Source: Octopus sinensis
Taxonomy: Eukaryota
Assembly: GCF_006345805.1 (NCBI RefSeq)
Contig: NC_043005.1
Coordinates: 33,790,001 to 33,854,000, forward strand
Direction of reading: 5' to 3'
DNA length: 64,000 bases
Shown: one piece after another, positions 1 through 12,105 of the stretch
Layout: each line of letters opens with the position of its first letter
Position numbering within the stretch: position 1 is the first letter of the stretch
Notes under the pieces: model-generated
Told to the model about the DNA's origin: nothing
The model's database searches: none
What the model saw: only the letters and a program-made list of their open reading frames with translations
Made by a program: the position numbers and the translations under genes

Positions 1-148
1 ATTTGGACTCAGAACGTAACGGCAGACAAAATACGGCTACGCATTTCGCCCGGCATGCTAACGTTTCTGCCAGCTCGCTGCCCTTTGGACAAAATACCAT
101 TAAGCATTTCACCCGGCATGCTAATGATTCTGCCAGCTTGCTGCCTTG

Positions 149-149
<1 letters not shown>
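1..149 (-). mobile_element. tRNA-derived SINE (called SINE-B here), head, running off the window edge
   Basis: Reverse complement caagctggcagaatcattagcatgccggg...gttctgagtcc matches the copies at 26370-26768 and 53003-53217. Confidence 0.75.
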
Positions 150-189
<40 letters not shown>

Positions 190-191
<2 letters not shown>

Positions 192-1600
192 TTTCTTTTA
201 TTTGCCACCAAGGCAAAGGATGAGGGGACAATACAAAGACAGACATAAAGTGTGGGGGTTTACATATAATGGCATGATACAATAAAAAGTATACATGGTA
301 TACATTAGAAGAAGGGAAGTATACATAGTATAAGACACTAGAAAAAGATGGGGAAAAAAGGATTATGATGTGATCCCCCTGATTCAAGAGGACCTCTAGG
401 GATAGTCAAGGAACCCCACCATCCAAGACCATGCTGAATACCAAGGACAAGAGCTCTCTCCAGCTTCTTTCTTCTGACTCACAGGTCTACACTGAGAGTG
501 GTGCCATCCACTCTTGCCATTTTTGCAGCTTTCACCCACCCTTTCATGAATTCATTTGAAGACAGCTCCTCCCTTTCCACCCTCACTTTCCTTTTCAAGT
601 GAAACTTGTAAAAGTCGATGAGGGTTTTACCAAAGAGGAAAGTTTCTGTCCTCATTCCTTTCAGCCTCGTCCACCAGATAACCTATTTCACCACAGCCAC
701 CAAACTGACTTGCCAGCCTGATTAAAGGAGGGCAGCGGCACAATCATCATTATGGACTAGACAACAAACTGATCTGTCCTACATGTGACAGCAGCCATTT
801 GACATAACTCCACAAGTCAGCAATACCTGGACACTGAACGAGTGCATGCAGAATGGTTTTGTCACTCTGCGAGCACCTTGAACAAGCTCAACTGACAGTA
901 CATTCGTACCTGTAGAATTTATCTCAAACCATTAGCACCCCACCTATAGCACCCCCACCCATAACAGTCCTCGATTGGAAAGTCGTTGCACTTCTCCACC
1001 AATCCTGCTGCCCGACTTGTAGAGGACAGTGAGTGCCAGACAACATTCTAAGTGCCAGGCACCCAGTCTCGGCCTATCCTTTACCCATGACTGCAGCTCA
1101 CAAATGGAGCCCACACACATTCACCTTCTAAAAATCACTGCAGGTGGTGCAACCCAAGTGAGTGCCCGCACATTAAAATCCATGGCATGCCTAAGCTGCC
1201 AAGCAAAGGAAGTTGGCAGCAGATCAACCGCCTGACCATTGGAACACATCCTTTCCACAAGAAAATAAACAGGATATACTCCAATCTAATCAAGCAGTAA
1301 CTGGTGCAAGGCACAGCAGTCAGAAATAAATAAAGACAGAGACGATGTAGGCATTTACTACTGCTGCCCAACCTTTCAGGGACAACTTCCTCTCTGCCCA
1401 TTTCTAGTTAAGAATAGTCACTCTGTTCATCACCTCTTCCCAATTCAACTGATCTAAATTGATTAAGACCCCACCAAAGCCAGCTTTAGTCTCAGCCCTC
1501 TCTATGATGGAGGTTGTCGTGGATAGACCTGCTCAGAATTGCACACGTTTGTGCTTCCCTGACCAGACTACCAATGACAAACTGCAACCTTGATTTTGCA
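190..1600 (-). mobile_element. L1/Tx1-type LINE, degenerate 3' part with (ATT)n tail
   Basis: Minus strand encodes CSRCSQSDKTILHALVQCPGIADLWSYV (zinc-binding C-terminal motif), similar to 32401-32856 and 52372-52627. 3' end ggcaaataaaagaaatc(att)n. Left end precise, right end approximate. Confidence 0.7.
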
Positions 1601-2026
1601 GCTGTTGATCTTGTTCTTGCAGTTTTTGTTGGAGTGGTTGTGAATTGTGTTGCAGTTGTGGTTTCAGAATAAGATTTTGTTGATTTCTTGGAGTAGGGCT
1701 ATGTACACTCCTCCTCTTTCACCTACCCCCTTTTGTCACTGTGATCCATTGATCATTCAGCTCTTCCCTCTCCATGTCATTGCAGTTGATGTTGGTTTGG
1801 TCAGAAAAGCATTCAGGAGAAACTTGCTTTTTTGTGGCAACCGGGGGTAGACCCCTTCTTTGTCTTGGTTTGGGAGTGGGTGTGCGCGTGGGTGTGGGAG
1901 AAGGTGTAGGAGTCTTATACACTTGCTTATGATTTAGCACTTGTGGTACTTGTAATGTTAGTTGTGGTAAGACTTTATTTTTCTTTGTTTCAGAGCAGGA
2001 AACCTTTGAGTATTTTACAGATTCAA

Positions 2027-2340
2027 GGGCTCATACGGCTGTAAAGATCAGCTACTGATCATTAAAGCCATAACTGAAGACTGCTGCAGAAAAAAGAAGA
2101 GTCTAAGTATGGCCTGGATAGATTACTGAATGGCTTTTGATAGTATTTCCCACACACGAATCCTAGAAACACTAGCCATGAACAAGGTAGCACCAATAAT
2201 CATAAAATATATAAAACATTCCATGAATAAATGGCAGACAATGCTACAGCTCCAGACGAAGCAGTTTGTTGGGAGCTCTGAAGATCACACCAGTCCATCA
2301 AACTTAATGATAACAACAACAACACTAAGAAAATAACAAA
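2027..2340 (+). mobile_element. R4/Dong LINE RT fragment (subfamily B-like)
   Basis: MAFDSISHTRILETLAMNKVAPIIIK aligns with KKAFDSIPHTWILETLAINKVAPTIIK in ORF 17812-19026. Confidence 0.85.
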
Positions 2341-2660
2341 AATCAACCAGGTGTAAGTAAAATACATAATAGAATATATTAAACATTTTGTACAAAAAAA
2401 AAACAAAACAATTACAGACAACTTCCCAACAAAGATGTGAGAAACGACATCCTGGTGAGAATTAATGTACCCGCACCATCCCAACCATCTTCTGCTTACA
2501 GACCTTTCCATTTGGTATTTTCAAATGTGTTTGTGAACATCTTCAGTGTTGGCCATGTTGAGAAAGAATCCTACATCCTTTTGAAAGATGAACTTTAGCT
2601 GTTGACTTTTGCCATTTATAAACAATTGGTTCACCCCTCCCAATAATCTATCATCTAGGT

Positions 2661-2918
2661 CAGTGGTTATCAAGCATTTTTTGCCTATGGACCCCTTTGA
2701 CTTCTATTTTACTAAGGGAGCAGGGACCCTTATAGCTATTCGTTATCTAAAAACTCCTCCTTATATCTTTATGATTAAATATTATTAGGAACTGTGTAAA
2801 AATATTATTAAATTATTTTATGTATCATTGAAATTAAACCAGTTTTATTGTACATAAATTTTAACAAAATCTTATATGGACTCCCTAGGGCCATATTGAT
2901 CCCAGTTGAAAACCATCA
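2661..2918. mobile_element. hAT (Charlie-like) MITE
   Basis: Termini cagtggttatcaa / ttgaaaaccatca; exact 8-bp TSD ATCTAGGT at 2653-2660 and 2919-2926, close to the Charlie NTCTAGAN target. Confidence 0.7.
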
Positions 2919-3989
2919 ATCTAGGTTTTCAATAACTTCAAATGCCATCTCTTCTTCAGTCAGCCCTATATTTCTTTTGTCTTCCTGTGAGTTATTCAGC
3001 AAATTCACCAGGTTATCATTGATGCTTCAGAGAACTGTGAATCTCAAGCAATCTGGGAAATTGAATATCTCCTCATGAAAGACTTCCAACTTCTGGGCCT
3101 ACTTTTAATCTGCCCAGCTTTTTTTTTTGTTACTGGTCCTGACACTTACTCACCATCCCCACATTTCTCTTGTCTCTATCTCCTACCTAATGCCACAAGA
3201 TGATGGAGTGCTACTACAGCTCATAGTCCCTGGTCTGTCCTGTGGTGGAGGAAACTTCTTGGCTTCTAAGTATTCTACCTCAGCATTGATTCCTTGGTGC
3301 TGGTGGCACTGAGGAGGAGAGGAATTCATTTGCCTTCACTCTGTTTATATTCGCTGGTGCTCAAGAAACAACAGCTGCATTCATTTCTATTTCTGACATA
3401 TGTTATCGGTGTTGTTGTTGTTGTTGCTGTTGTCTCTGCTGCTTTGTCATCCTTGAGTTTTGTTGACTTTTGAGTTGAAGATTCTCAGGTAGCCTTTAAT
3501 ACCATTCTTGTCGCAAATGAACTTTCTGCCCTACATCACTACTGTGATTGCCCCACCTCTTCTCCACTCCACTACTCCAGTATTGTTCAGCTCTGGGATT
3601 GCTTTATGGTCTTCAAGGGTCATTAGGATACATCAAGACCTGGAATCCTTTAACAAACTCTAGCAAACCACATACTGTCACAGGCTCTCTCCACATAAAT
3701 ATCTCAGTAAAGGTGACGATAAGTAGCAAGTTGACATCACTACAAATATTTCAAGCACTGACCTTTGTATTCTTATTCCTTATGTACTGCAGCGCCAATC
3801 TGCAAGCAGGTGTTTAGAGACCCAAATGCCTGCTTACTGTGTGAAACTTCTTCCTGGCTTCTAGCCTTATTCTTGGTCTTAAAGACTACCCAGACACTTC
3901 CTTGTGTCCTCTTTTCATTGACAGAACACACATCTTGTCTCACCTTCACCATTGTCAGGGCTTCTTCATACCATTTTCATTGGTGTGCA

Positions 3990-4180
3990 CATGTGTGTGT
4001 GTGTGTGTGTGTGTGCATGTGTGTGTGTGTGTGCATGTGTGAGAAAGAAAGAAAAGAAGAAAAAGGAAAGGAAAGAAAGAAGAGAAAAAAAGGGAAAAAG
4101 GAAGGAAAGAAAGAAAGAAGAAAAGAAAAAGGAAAGAAGGAAGGAAAGAAAAAAACAAGAAAGAAAGGATATAAAGAAGA
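3990..4180. repeat. Compound (GT)n + (GAAA)n microsatellite
   Basis: Directly visible; source of several spurious ORFs. Confidence 0.95.
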
Positions 4181-4199
4181 TTAAGCCAAAATTCTTTGC

Positions 4200-4364
4200 C
4201 TTTTGCTGAGATTCTTCCAGGATGTATTCGATTTCTTCATCTGTAATGACATCATGGAAAACAACAATTTTGGGTTTATAACTCATGATCTCCTCTTTTA
4301 CTCTGGAATAATGGTTCTCTGTTGGCCGCCAGATACATTTCAGTTGGGCTCTTCTAGAACTTGA
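4200..4364 (-). CDS. P4HA: P4HA coding exon 7 (entry into the catalytic domain); gene apparently continues beyond position 1
   Basis: Acceptor aataattacag; 165 nt; SSSRRAQLKCIWRPTENHYSRVKEEIMSYKPKIVVFHDVITDEEIEYILEESQQK (LxC...K-E-E...P-x-I-x-x-FHDVI-x-D-x-EI). Boundary at the homologous position is AAG|GCAAAG (GC donor). Confidence 0.9.
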
Positions 4365-4823
4365 CTGTAATTATTGAAAACCAAAAAATTATCGTTTATG
4401 AATTCAACATTATAAGGTAAACAAATGACAAATCACACACACACCCAAATTTTCTTTTGTACAAGTCTTGCATCATTTACCTTCCTTCTTCCACACATTT
4501 AATGATAGACTACTGGACAATAGATTCTCTACCAAAACTAAATGCCATCCACAATACAAGCTTTTGTGTTTACTTCCAACTCGTTACAGTTGTGTCATTA
4601 CATAACAATGGAATAAAACCTGTAATAATTATAGACTATTTTTGGTCAATTCATTCTACATCCAGAAATTATTAACTTGTCATACTCAGCCTTTTCTAAA
4701 TGGTCCCATCTCCACATGTCACACCTTACTTGTATTCAATAAGGGGCTAAACGACAACAACAGCAGCAACAGTAATTATTGCTTCTAGTCAGTCCAGACA
4801 AGCTGTAAAACACACTCATATAT

Positions 4824-4984
4824 AGGCACAGGAGTGGCTGTGTGGTGAGTAGCTTGCTTACAAACCACATGGTTCCAGATTCAGTCCCACTGCGTGGCAC
4901 CTTGGGCAAGTGTCTTCTACTATAGCCTCGGACTGACCAAAGCCTTGTGAGTGGATTTGGTAGATGGAAACTGAAAGAAGCCTG

Positions 4985-5021
<37 letters not shown>

Positions 5022-5243
5022 TGTGTGTGTATATGTTTGTGTGTCTGTGTTTGTCCTCCCAACATCACTTGACAACTGATGCTGGTGTGTTTACGTCCCC
5101 GTCACTTAGTGGTTCGGCAAAAGAAACCGATAGAATAAGTACTGGTCTTACAAAGAATAAGTCCCGGGGTCGATTTGCTCGACTAAAGGCAGTGCTCCAG
5201 CATGGCCGCAGTCAAATGACTGAAACAAGTAAAAGAGAGAAAA
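4824..5243 (+). mobile_element. tRNA-derived SINE (called SINE-A here) with internal (TA)/(TG) microsatellite
   Basis: A box TGGCTGTGTGG, B-box-like ggttccagattcagtccc, tail ...gactgaaacaagtaaaaga. Other copies at 5390-5870, 27855-28282, 39880-40085 and 58728-58905. Confidence 0.85.
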
Positions 5244-5389
5244 GAACTATAGACAGCCTCATTAAACATCTTAACTCTAAACACTCTGCTGAGATGTGAC
5301 CCATCAATGATAAAGGCAGAGGAACAGAAATTGTAATGTTCCCACTGAACCCATCTTTACTGCCAATTGTGACCCCCACAACTGGCTAG

Positions 5390-5870
5390 TATTTTTATCT
5401 TTTATATTTTACTTGTTTTAGTTGTTAAGCTGCAGTCATGCTGGGGTATCACCTTGAAGAATTTATAGTCAAACCCAGTACTTATTTAAAACTCTTTTTT
5501 AACCTTGGCACTTATTCTATCTGCTAAGTTATGGGAACATAAACACACCAACACTGGTTGTCAAGTGGTGGTGGGGGACAAACTCAGACATAAACACACT
5601 CACACACACACACTCACACACACATACACACTCACACACATACACACACACACTCACACACACATACACACTCACACACACACACACACTCACACACACA
5701 CACACAGAGGCTTCTTTCAGTTTCCATCTACCAAATCCACTCATAAGGCTGTGGCTGGCTTGAGACTATAGTGGAAGATACTTGCCCAAGGTGCTACACA
5801 GTGGGACTGAACCGAAGACCATGTGATTAGGAAGCAAGTTTTTTTCTACACAGCCATACCTGCACCCGTA
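5390..5870 (-). mobile_element. SINE-A, diverged copy
   Basis: Reverse-complement similarity to 4824-5243, with an internal (CA)n tract. Confidence 0.7.
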
Positions 5871-6422
5871 TAAAAGTAATTTTTTCAGCCCACTATTCTG
5901 TACACCATACAATGAACCACCCTGTGAAGAGTACAATATGGTCCTCTATCAGTTGGGGGTGATGCATGTCTAGAACAATAGATATGTGAATTGCACCCAG
6001 TCACTTGATTAGTTACCTCTGTGCCATGGTTCTAAACAAGATCTAAACTACAATAACAACTTTGTCAAAGTATTAGTCACTCTCTGACAGATTCATGGTC
6101 GAGCCTGTGGTAATGGAGACTTCCACTGTTCTTGGCCCCCAGACCATATCCCTGTTCACTGCTATGAGGGCAGAGATTGCAATCTGCAAGTGCAAGCCCC
6201 ATGATTTAGAGTAGCTAATCCAGCACATCTCCTTTGCCATCCTCTGAGGCAATGCCTTTTCCATTTTGTCTGCTGAGACTAGGAGGTGGTCTGAATTACA
6301 GGAAATTGTACATTCCACTCTTTAATGTAAAGTTACTCCAAATAATAGTTGAGAACAAACAATAACAACAGCTACAGATTATAAACAAGGCTAATTGGAG
6401 AAAACAAAGTGAAGAAAATTAC

Positions 6423-6574
6423 CAATAGATCTTCCCCTCGACATAACGCTTCATATTGGCTGCTGGTGGAATTGATAGGTTTTTCAAATATTTTAGTTCT
6501 TTTGCTCTCAGGAATACTTTTCAACTTCTTTTTCAAAAATGCCTTTTCTCTTTGACAACCTTTGTCATTTGTTT
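6423..6574 (-). CDS. P4HA: P4HA coding exon 6
   Basis: Acceptor cattctcattcag; 152 nt; ends ...SSQYEALCRGEDLL (hallmark YExLCRGE of P4HA); donor TTG|GTAATT. Confidence 0.92.
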
Positions 6575-7339
6575 CTGAATGAGAATGATCAAACTTTATA
6601 AATATTTATTACAATGGGCCACCAAAGGAAAAATACAGTTAAACAAGTGGAAGAGTGAAGTGGGGTTTAAAGAGATTGATGTAAAAATTTGACAATGAAT
6701 ATTTTTCTGTTACAATAATCTCTTTCCATGAACCTCTGTATGTGAGTGGTCATGTGTCTAATGAACATTTTGTGGTGTGATTGAAGTATCACTGAAGACT
6801 TAATCTTGTGAAGAGGTTCTTAAACTTCTTTGTTCAGTGCCTCCTTTAAAATATTTGTAAACCTAATTGTTTCATTAATTAATTTAACAAGTTAATGAGT
6901 TAATTATTATAGAATACCGGCCAATACTCAACACTTCGAGGACAAAATATTTTTGAGAAAGCAAGGCTTTACAGAGGAACATCATATAGATAAAGGAACC
7001 ATTACTAATTGCTGTAGACGTCGTCTTTGACACTGACTTTGCAAAATGTGAATTCCTGAAGTTGAGAAGTAATTACATGTCACCAGTAGCACATGTGATA
7101 TAACACACACACATGTACACACACACATACACATACACACACGTGTGTGCGTGTGCACACACACACATGCATGCATAAAAATATAGAATTTATATATAAG
7201 TAAATATATATAATATATATATCTTCATATCCATACATATGTTCATAAAATATATAATGTTATATACACACATAAATACGATGTGTATATATAAATAAAC
7301 CATCATACTTTGGCTGAGAATAAACTATTGTACTTTAGC

Positions 7340-8400
7340 CAAGAATAAATCAATGTACTTGGTATTGGTTGACTTAGAGAAAGCATTTGACAGTGTACTC
7401 CACTGTGTGATATGGTGGGATCTGAGGAAGATAGGGGTAGATGAAAGGCTTGTGAAAGCTATACAAGCCATGTGCAGAGGTTCTGTCAGTAGGGTGAGAG
7501 TTAATCATGAGTATAGTGATGAATTTAGTGCAGAGGTGGGCATTCATCAGGGTTGGTTCTCAGTCCCCTCTTTTTCATCATTGTCCTCCAAACCATAACA
7601 GAAAGTTAAGACTGGCTACTCCCAGGAACTGTTATATGCTGATGATCTTGCTCTTATAGCAGATTCTATCACAAAAGTAGAAAAGAAATTCCAGGTGTGA
7701 AAGAAAAATCTGGAATGTAAGGGCCTTAAGATTATCTTAATAAAGATTAAGGTTCTAGTAAGCAAGAAGACAGACAGACAAACTGCTCAATATGTAGAAA
7801 AGGGGTAGGAATTCCATATGGAATACCCAGTGCAAGCTAAAGACAAATAAGAGGTGCAGTGGAATAATAGGAAGGTTATAAGAGAAAGTAGTGTTTGTAT
7901 GTGGAAGATGCACAGTAGCAATAAAAGCTACAGATACTTGGGAATTTGATTTTCTCAAAATCCCTGGAGGCTCTTTGGAAGCAGTGGACAATTTCTGCTA
8001 CCTAGGAACCTAATTAGTGGTGGGAGAGTGCATGGAAAGTATAATTGCTGGAATAAGAATAAAATGGAGAAAATTCAGAGAGCTTTTACCTCTGTTGGCA
8101 ACCAAAGGTCTCTCTGTCCAAGTGACAGGAAGATTCTGTGATGCATGTATACAAACAACAATGCTACATGGTAGTGAGGTGTGGGCCTTGAATACAGAAG
8201 ATATGGGAAGATTAGAGAGGATAAAGTTAGTATGCTCCAGTGGATGTGCAATGTCAGTGTACATGTGTGACAGAGCTTTACAAAGAAGATAACTAAAGAC
8301 TGAGATATCTGGTTCATTGCTGTACTTGAGAAGACCATAGGAGAATTGATACTGGTGCTCATGCGTCATAAAATAACTCTTGTGCTGGTGCCACATAAAA
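7340..8400 (+). mobile_element. RTE-clade LINE RT fragment
   Basis: VDLEKAFDSV...GIHQG, LLYADDL and ...MLHGSEVW motifs, with frameshifts and stops. Confidence 0.85.
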
Positions 8401-8526
8401 AGCACCCAGTACACTCAGAGGAGTAGCTAGCATGGGTTGGACGGTTCAACTGGGGTCTGGGAAGCCAGAAGGCTGCACCAGGCCCAGTCTGATCTGGCAA
8501 TGTTTCTACGGCTGGATGCCCTTCCT

Positions 8527-8570
<44 letters not shown>

Positions 8571-8609
8571 CACACACATACATGTAGACACACACACAGA
8601 CGCACATAT

Positions 8610-9250
8610 GATACCATCATCATCATCATCATCATCATGTAATGTCCATTTTCCATGCTGTCATAGGCTGGAGAGTTTAACAGGATTTGGCCAGATGGAG
8701 AGCTGCCCAGGCTCCAGTTGTCTGTTTTGGCATGATTTCTATGGCTGAATTCTCTTCCTAACACAAACCACTTTATGGAGTGTACTGGGTGTCTGTTACA
8801 AGGCACTAGCATGGGTGCTCTCACATGGCTCCAGCACATGAGTGTTTACATGGCACCAGCATGGCTGCTCTTCATGTGGCGTTGGATGGGTACTTTTTAT
8901 GTGGTGCCAGCACCCGCAAACTCACAAGACAAAGACCTCTTGGCTGAGAGAGGGAGTGGTGGGCATGGCCACAAAGGACATGCTTGTATGTATGGATGGC
9001 TACAATTTTACTTAGCTTGCCAAGTCTTATCAAGCACAGTAAATTGCCAGAACTCTTGGTCTCTTGTCATCTTTGTGAAGCCTAATGTCTGAAGATCTTT
9101 TCTCTACTTCATTCCTCATCTTCCTGAGTCTACTCCTTTCACAAGTTCCCTCCACAATTAGAGATTGGCACTTGCTTATGCAGTTGTCTTTGTCCATATG
9201 CATCACATGACTATACAAGCACAGTCTTCACTCTTGCACACTACAACTGA
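8610..9250 (-). mobile_element. RTE LINE 3' end with (ATG)n tail
   Basis: YSHVMHMDKDNCISKCQSLIVEGTCERSRLRK (RTE C-terminal WxGHVxRM...RGRP-like) followed by 3' UTR and (gat)n. Confidence 0.7.
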
Positions 9251-9289
9251 TGCGTCTACAACAAACAGATATTAAAAATAGCAACTTAC

Positions 9290-9341
9290 TTATTTTCAGA
9301 CACTTCTCAATGTAATCCAGTGAAACCCATGGCATTCCATA
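9290..9341 (-). CDS. P4HA: P4HA coding exon 5 (short)
   Basis: Acceptor gtatttttag; 52 nt; YGMPWVSLDYIEKCLKI; donor A|GTAAGT; phases 0 in, 1 out bridge exons 4 and 6 exactly. Confidence 0.75.
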
Positions 9342-9829
9342 CTAAAAATACAATAAGAGAAAAAGAAAATAGTAATTTCTTGAAATTTTAGTCCACTGTT
9401 TTATGTCTAATATCATTATCATCCTGATCATCATCATCAATATGAATATTCTCATTTTCATAATCATCATTTAACATCCTCATTCAATTTTTCATGCTAA
9501 CATGCATCAGACAAAGTATATTGAGGCAGATTTTCTACAGCTGAATACCCTTCTTGTCACTAATTTTCACCTGTTTCCAAGCAAGGTACTATTTCCTCAT
9601 GGCCAGACATTGTTTTTAACAGAAGACTGGAAACAATGAACATCGCTTGTATGATGATGATGATGCTTGTTTAGAGCCATTACATGATGTCAAGGCAAGA
9701 GTACACACAGTCACACATAGAAGTACACACAGACACACTGAGACACACACACACATACGTACACACACACATGAACATTCAAACATACGTACATAAATAC
9801 ATACATACATACATACATACATACATACA

Positions 9830-9863
<34 letters not shown>

Positions 9864-10329
9864 CATAATGTTCATCCATCATTGTCAATGATAACCAGGA
9901 CATCACATGGCACATCCAGCCATAGCCAATCAAGGCCAATGTTTGCTTGTAAAGTTCCGTTGTCAATCTAGCACTGGTGGTTTGCTGCAAATGAAGGCAA
10001 TGAGTTGCCTCTGGTCTTGTGCAGCTCATGTTTTTTTTTGTGCTCCTGCAATCCTGCAACCCTGTTCAGTTCGTAGGAGGTGGCACCTATATTTTCCAGG
10101 AGTCTTGTTTGAGCTGAAAGCACTTAAGTTAGGCTTTGAGTGTATTTCTGAAGCACTTTTTTTAGAAAAAGCAGGAAAATAACCTACCTACATACATACA
10201 TACATACATACATACATACATACATACATACATACATACATACATGTTGTGCAGTGTCCATTTATATCCTCACTGTGTAGCAAACATTTCTAAAATATGC
10301 TAGAATGAATGAGGCTTCTATTTATTTAC

Positions 10330-10576
10330 CATTGAATAAGCACTCGCAATGGTTCGATATATTTGGTTCTGTTCTACAGTTCCTTTCTCAATTTTTGACT
10401 TTCTGTAAAGTTCATCCAGTGCCAAAAGCCATAATATTTCTTCATAAGCCATATCGTGCTCATTAGCTATTTCAATTAACTTTAGAGCGTCATTAGCTGT
10501 CATTGGTTCTGTTTGAGTGTTGGCAATACGACCCTGTAGCAGCTCAGTTAAATTCAAAGAATAAATATTTTGTAAT
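10330..10576 (-). CDS. P4HA: P4HA coding exon 4 (RLQ motif and TPR-like region)
   Basis: Acceptor aactttcag; 247 nt; (R)LQNIYSLNLTELLQGRIANTQTEPMTANDALKLIEIANEHDMAYEEILWLLAL...IASAYSM; donor ATG|GTAAAT; phases 2 in, 0 out. Confidence 0.9.
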
Positions 10577-10640
10577 CTGAAAGTTATAATAACATTATCA
10601 TTATCATCATCAACAACAACAACAACAACAATAATAATAA

Positions 10641-10838
10641 TGGTTTCAAATTTTGGCACAAGGCCAGCAAATTTAGGGGAGGAGTAAGTTGATTACATCA
10701 ACCCCAATACTCAACTGGTACTTATTTCAGCAACCCTGAATGGACGAAAGGCAAAGTCGACCTCAGTAGAATCTTAATTCAGAATCTAGCAGCAGATGAA
10801 AGAACACTCAGCATGCTAATGATTCTGCCAGTTTTCCA
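10641..10838 (-). mobile_element. SINE-B copy
   Basis: ggcaaagtcgacctc and ttttggcacaaggcc cores; flanked by (AAC/AAT)n. Confidence 0.75.
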
Positions 10839-10842
10839 CCTT

Positions 10843-10880
<38 letters not shown>

Positions 10881-10887
10881 TAATAAT

Positions 10888-11666
10888 AAAACGACTTTAC
10901 CTGCCAAAAAAAGAGGGTGGCCATGGACTTTTATAACTGGAATTAACAATGAAGATTGCCACAAGTGGCCTAAACAACTACCCGAAAAACTCTGATGACT
11001 GTTAAACTTGTCTTAAAGCATGAAGACTAGAAATCATCATACTCAGTAACAAAACAGGCAAAGGAATATCTAAGTAAATTCCAAATACAAAAAATCTCAG
11101 AATTAGACGTACTGGAAACAAGCAGAGAAAAAGCTAAGCATATGTAAACCCATGCTAAAATTGCTGCCTTAGATATTTTTATTGATAAGTGGCAAGAAAA
11201 ACCTCTCAATAGCAATACCCAAAGAGAGCTAATAATGTTGATATTGACAAAGCCCTTACACATCAATGGCTAATGGCCTCTGGTTTAAAATCTGAAACAG
11301 ATGGGTTTGTCATAGCAGCCCAAGGTCAATGCCTACCTACAAGGAACTACCAGGCCAACATATTAAAGAATGGCAGTAGCCCAACATGTTGTGAATGTCA
11401 ACAATAAAATGAAGCCATTGATCATGTTGTCTCCATGTGCAGTCTTCTTGTGCCTACAGAGTAACAGGCTTGATAGAGCAGCACAATATATTCACTGGGT
11501 AATTGGCAAAAACCTGGACCTGCCCCATGATAAAAACCAGTGGGAACACAAACCACTTCCAGTGCTTGAAAATGATCCCATCTCACTCCTCTGGAACTTC
11601 ACCATTCAAACTGACAGAAAGATAGATGTCAATAGGCAAAATAAGCAAAATAAGCAAATGTCAAAC

Positions 11667-11670
<4 letters not shown>
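10888..11670 (+). mobile_element. R4/Dong LINE 3' fragment (subfamily D) between (AAT)n tracts
   Basis: RLYLP...EGG, KWQEKPL, SGLKSETDGFVIAAQ, LWNFTIQTDRKI motifs; 3' end gtcaaacatat(aat)n. Confidence 0.8.
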
Positions 11671-11746
<76 letters not shown>

Positions 11747-11774
11747 TGATGATGATGATGATGATGATAAGATA

Positions 11775-12105
11775 AAATTGCAAGAATGTGAGCAATGAGG
11801 GGTGTAACTTAGTAGTTGTTGGGGTACTCAGAGAACTAACAACAACGTTTGAGAAATATGTCAGAGAAATTGGAATTGACATGAGGGCAGAGCAGGCCCG
11901 AAAATCTGTTCTGTTGGGGACAGCTAGGACTTCAAGATTGCTGTTTGGGTGTTTAAAGTCTTCCATGATAAGTTGACATCCATGTACCAAAGCTTATGAT
12001 TTGCAGAAACAGACCCAGTGAGACCTCTGACAACAGGTTGCTGTCCACTCTCACAGAATCAACCAGAGCAAGTTAGACCAAGAGCTCTGAGAAGTAAAAT
12101 AATTA
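11775..12105 (+). mobile_element. R4/Dong LINE extreme 3' fragment (subfamily E)
   Basis: VVVGVL...EQARKSVLLGTART (RLE C-terminal QKxxLLGTAxIL motif); (AAT)n on both sides. Confidence 0.7.

Noticed and set aside
2500-2570. 71-nt AG...GT segment on minus, the same length and phase as the next expected P4HA exon
   Set aside because: It translates to DSFSTWPTLKMFTNTFENTKWKG with no LxRAxV...RxSK similarity, the acceptor lacks a pyrimidine tract, and it seems to lie in an old LINE remnant.
2350-3950. Possible ORF1 remnant of the Tx1 element at 190-1600
   Set aside because: Only vague similarity with many stops; not enough to list as a feature.
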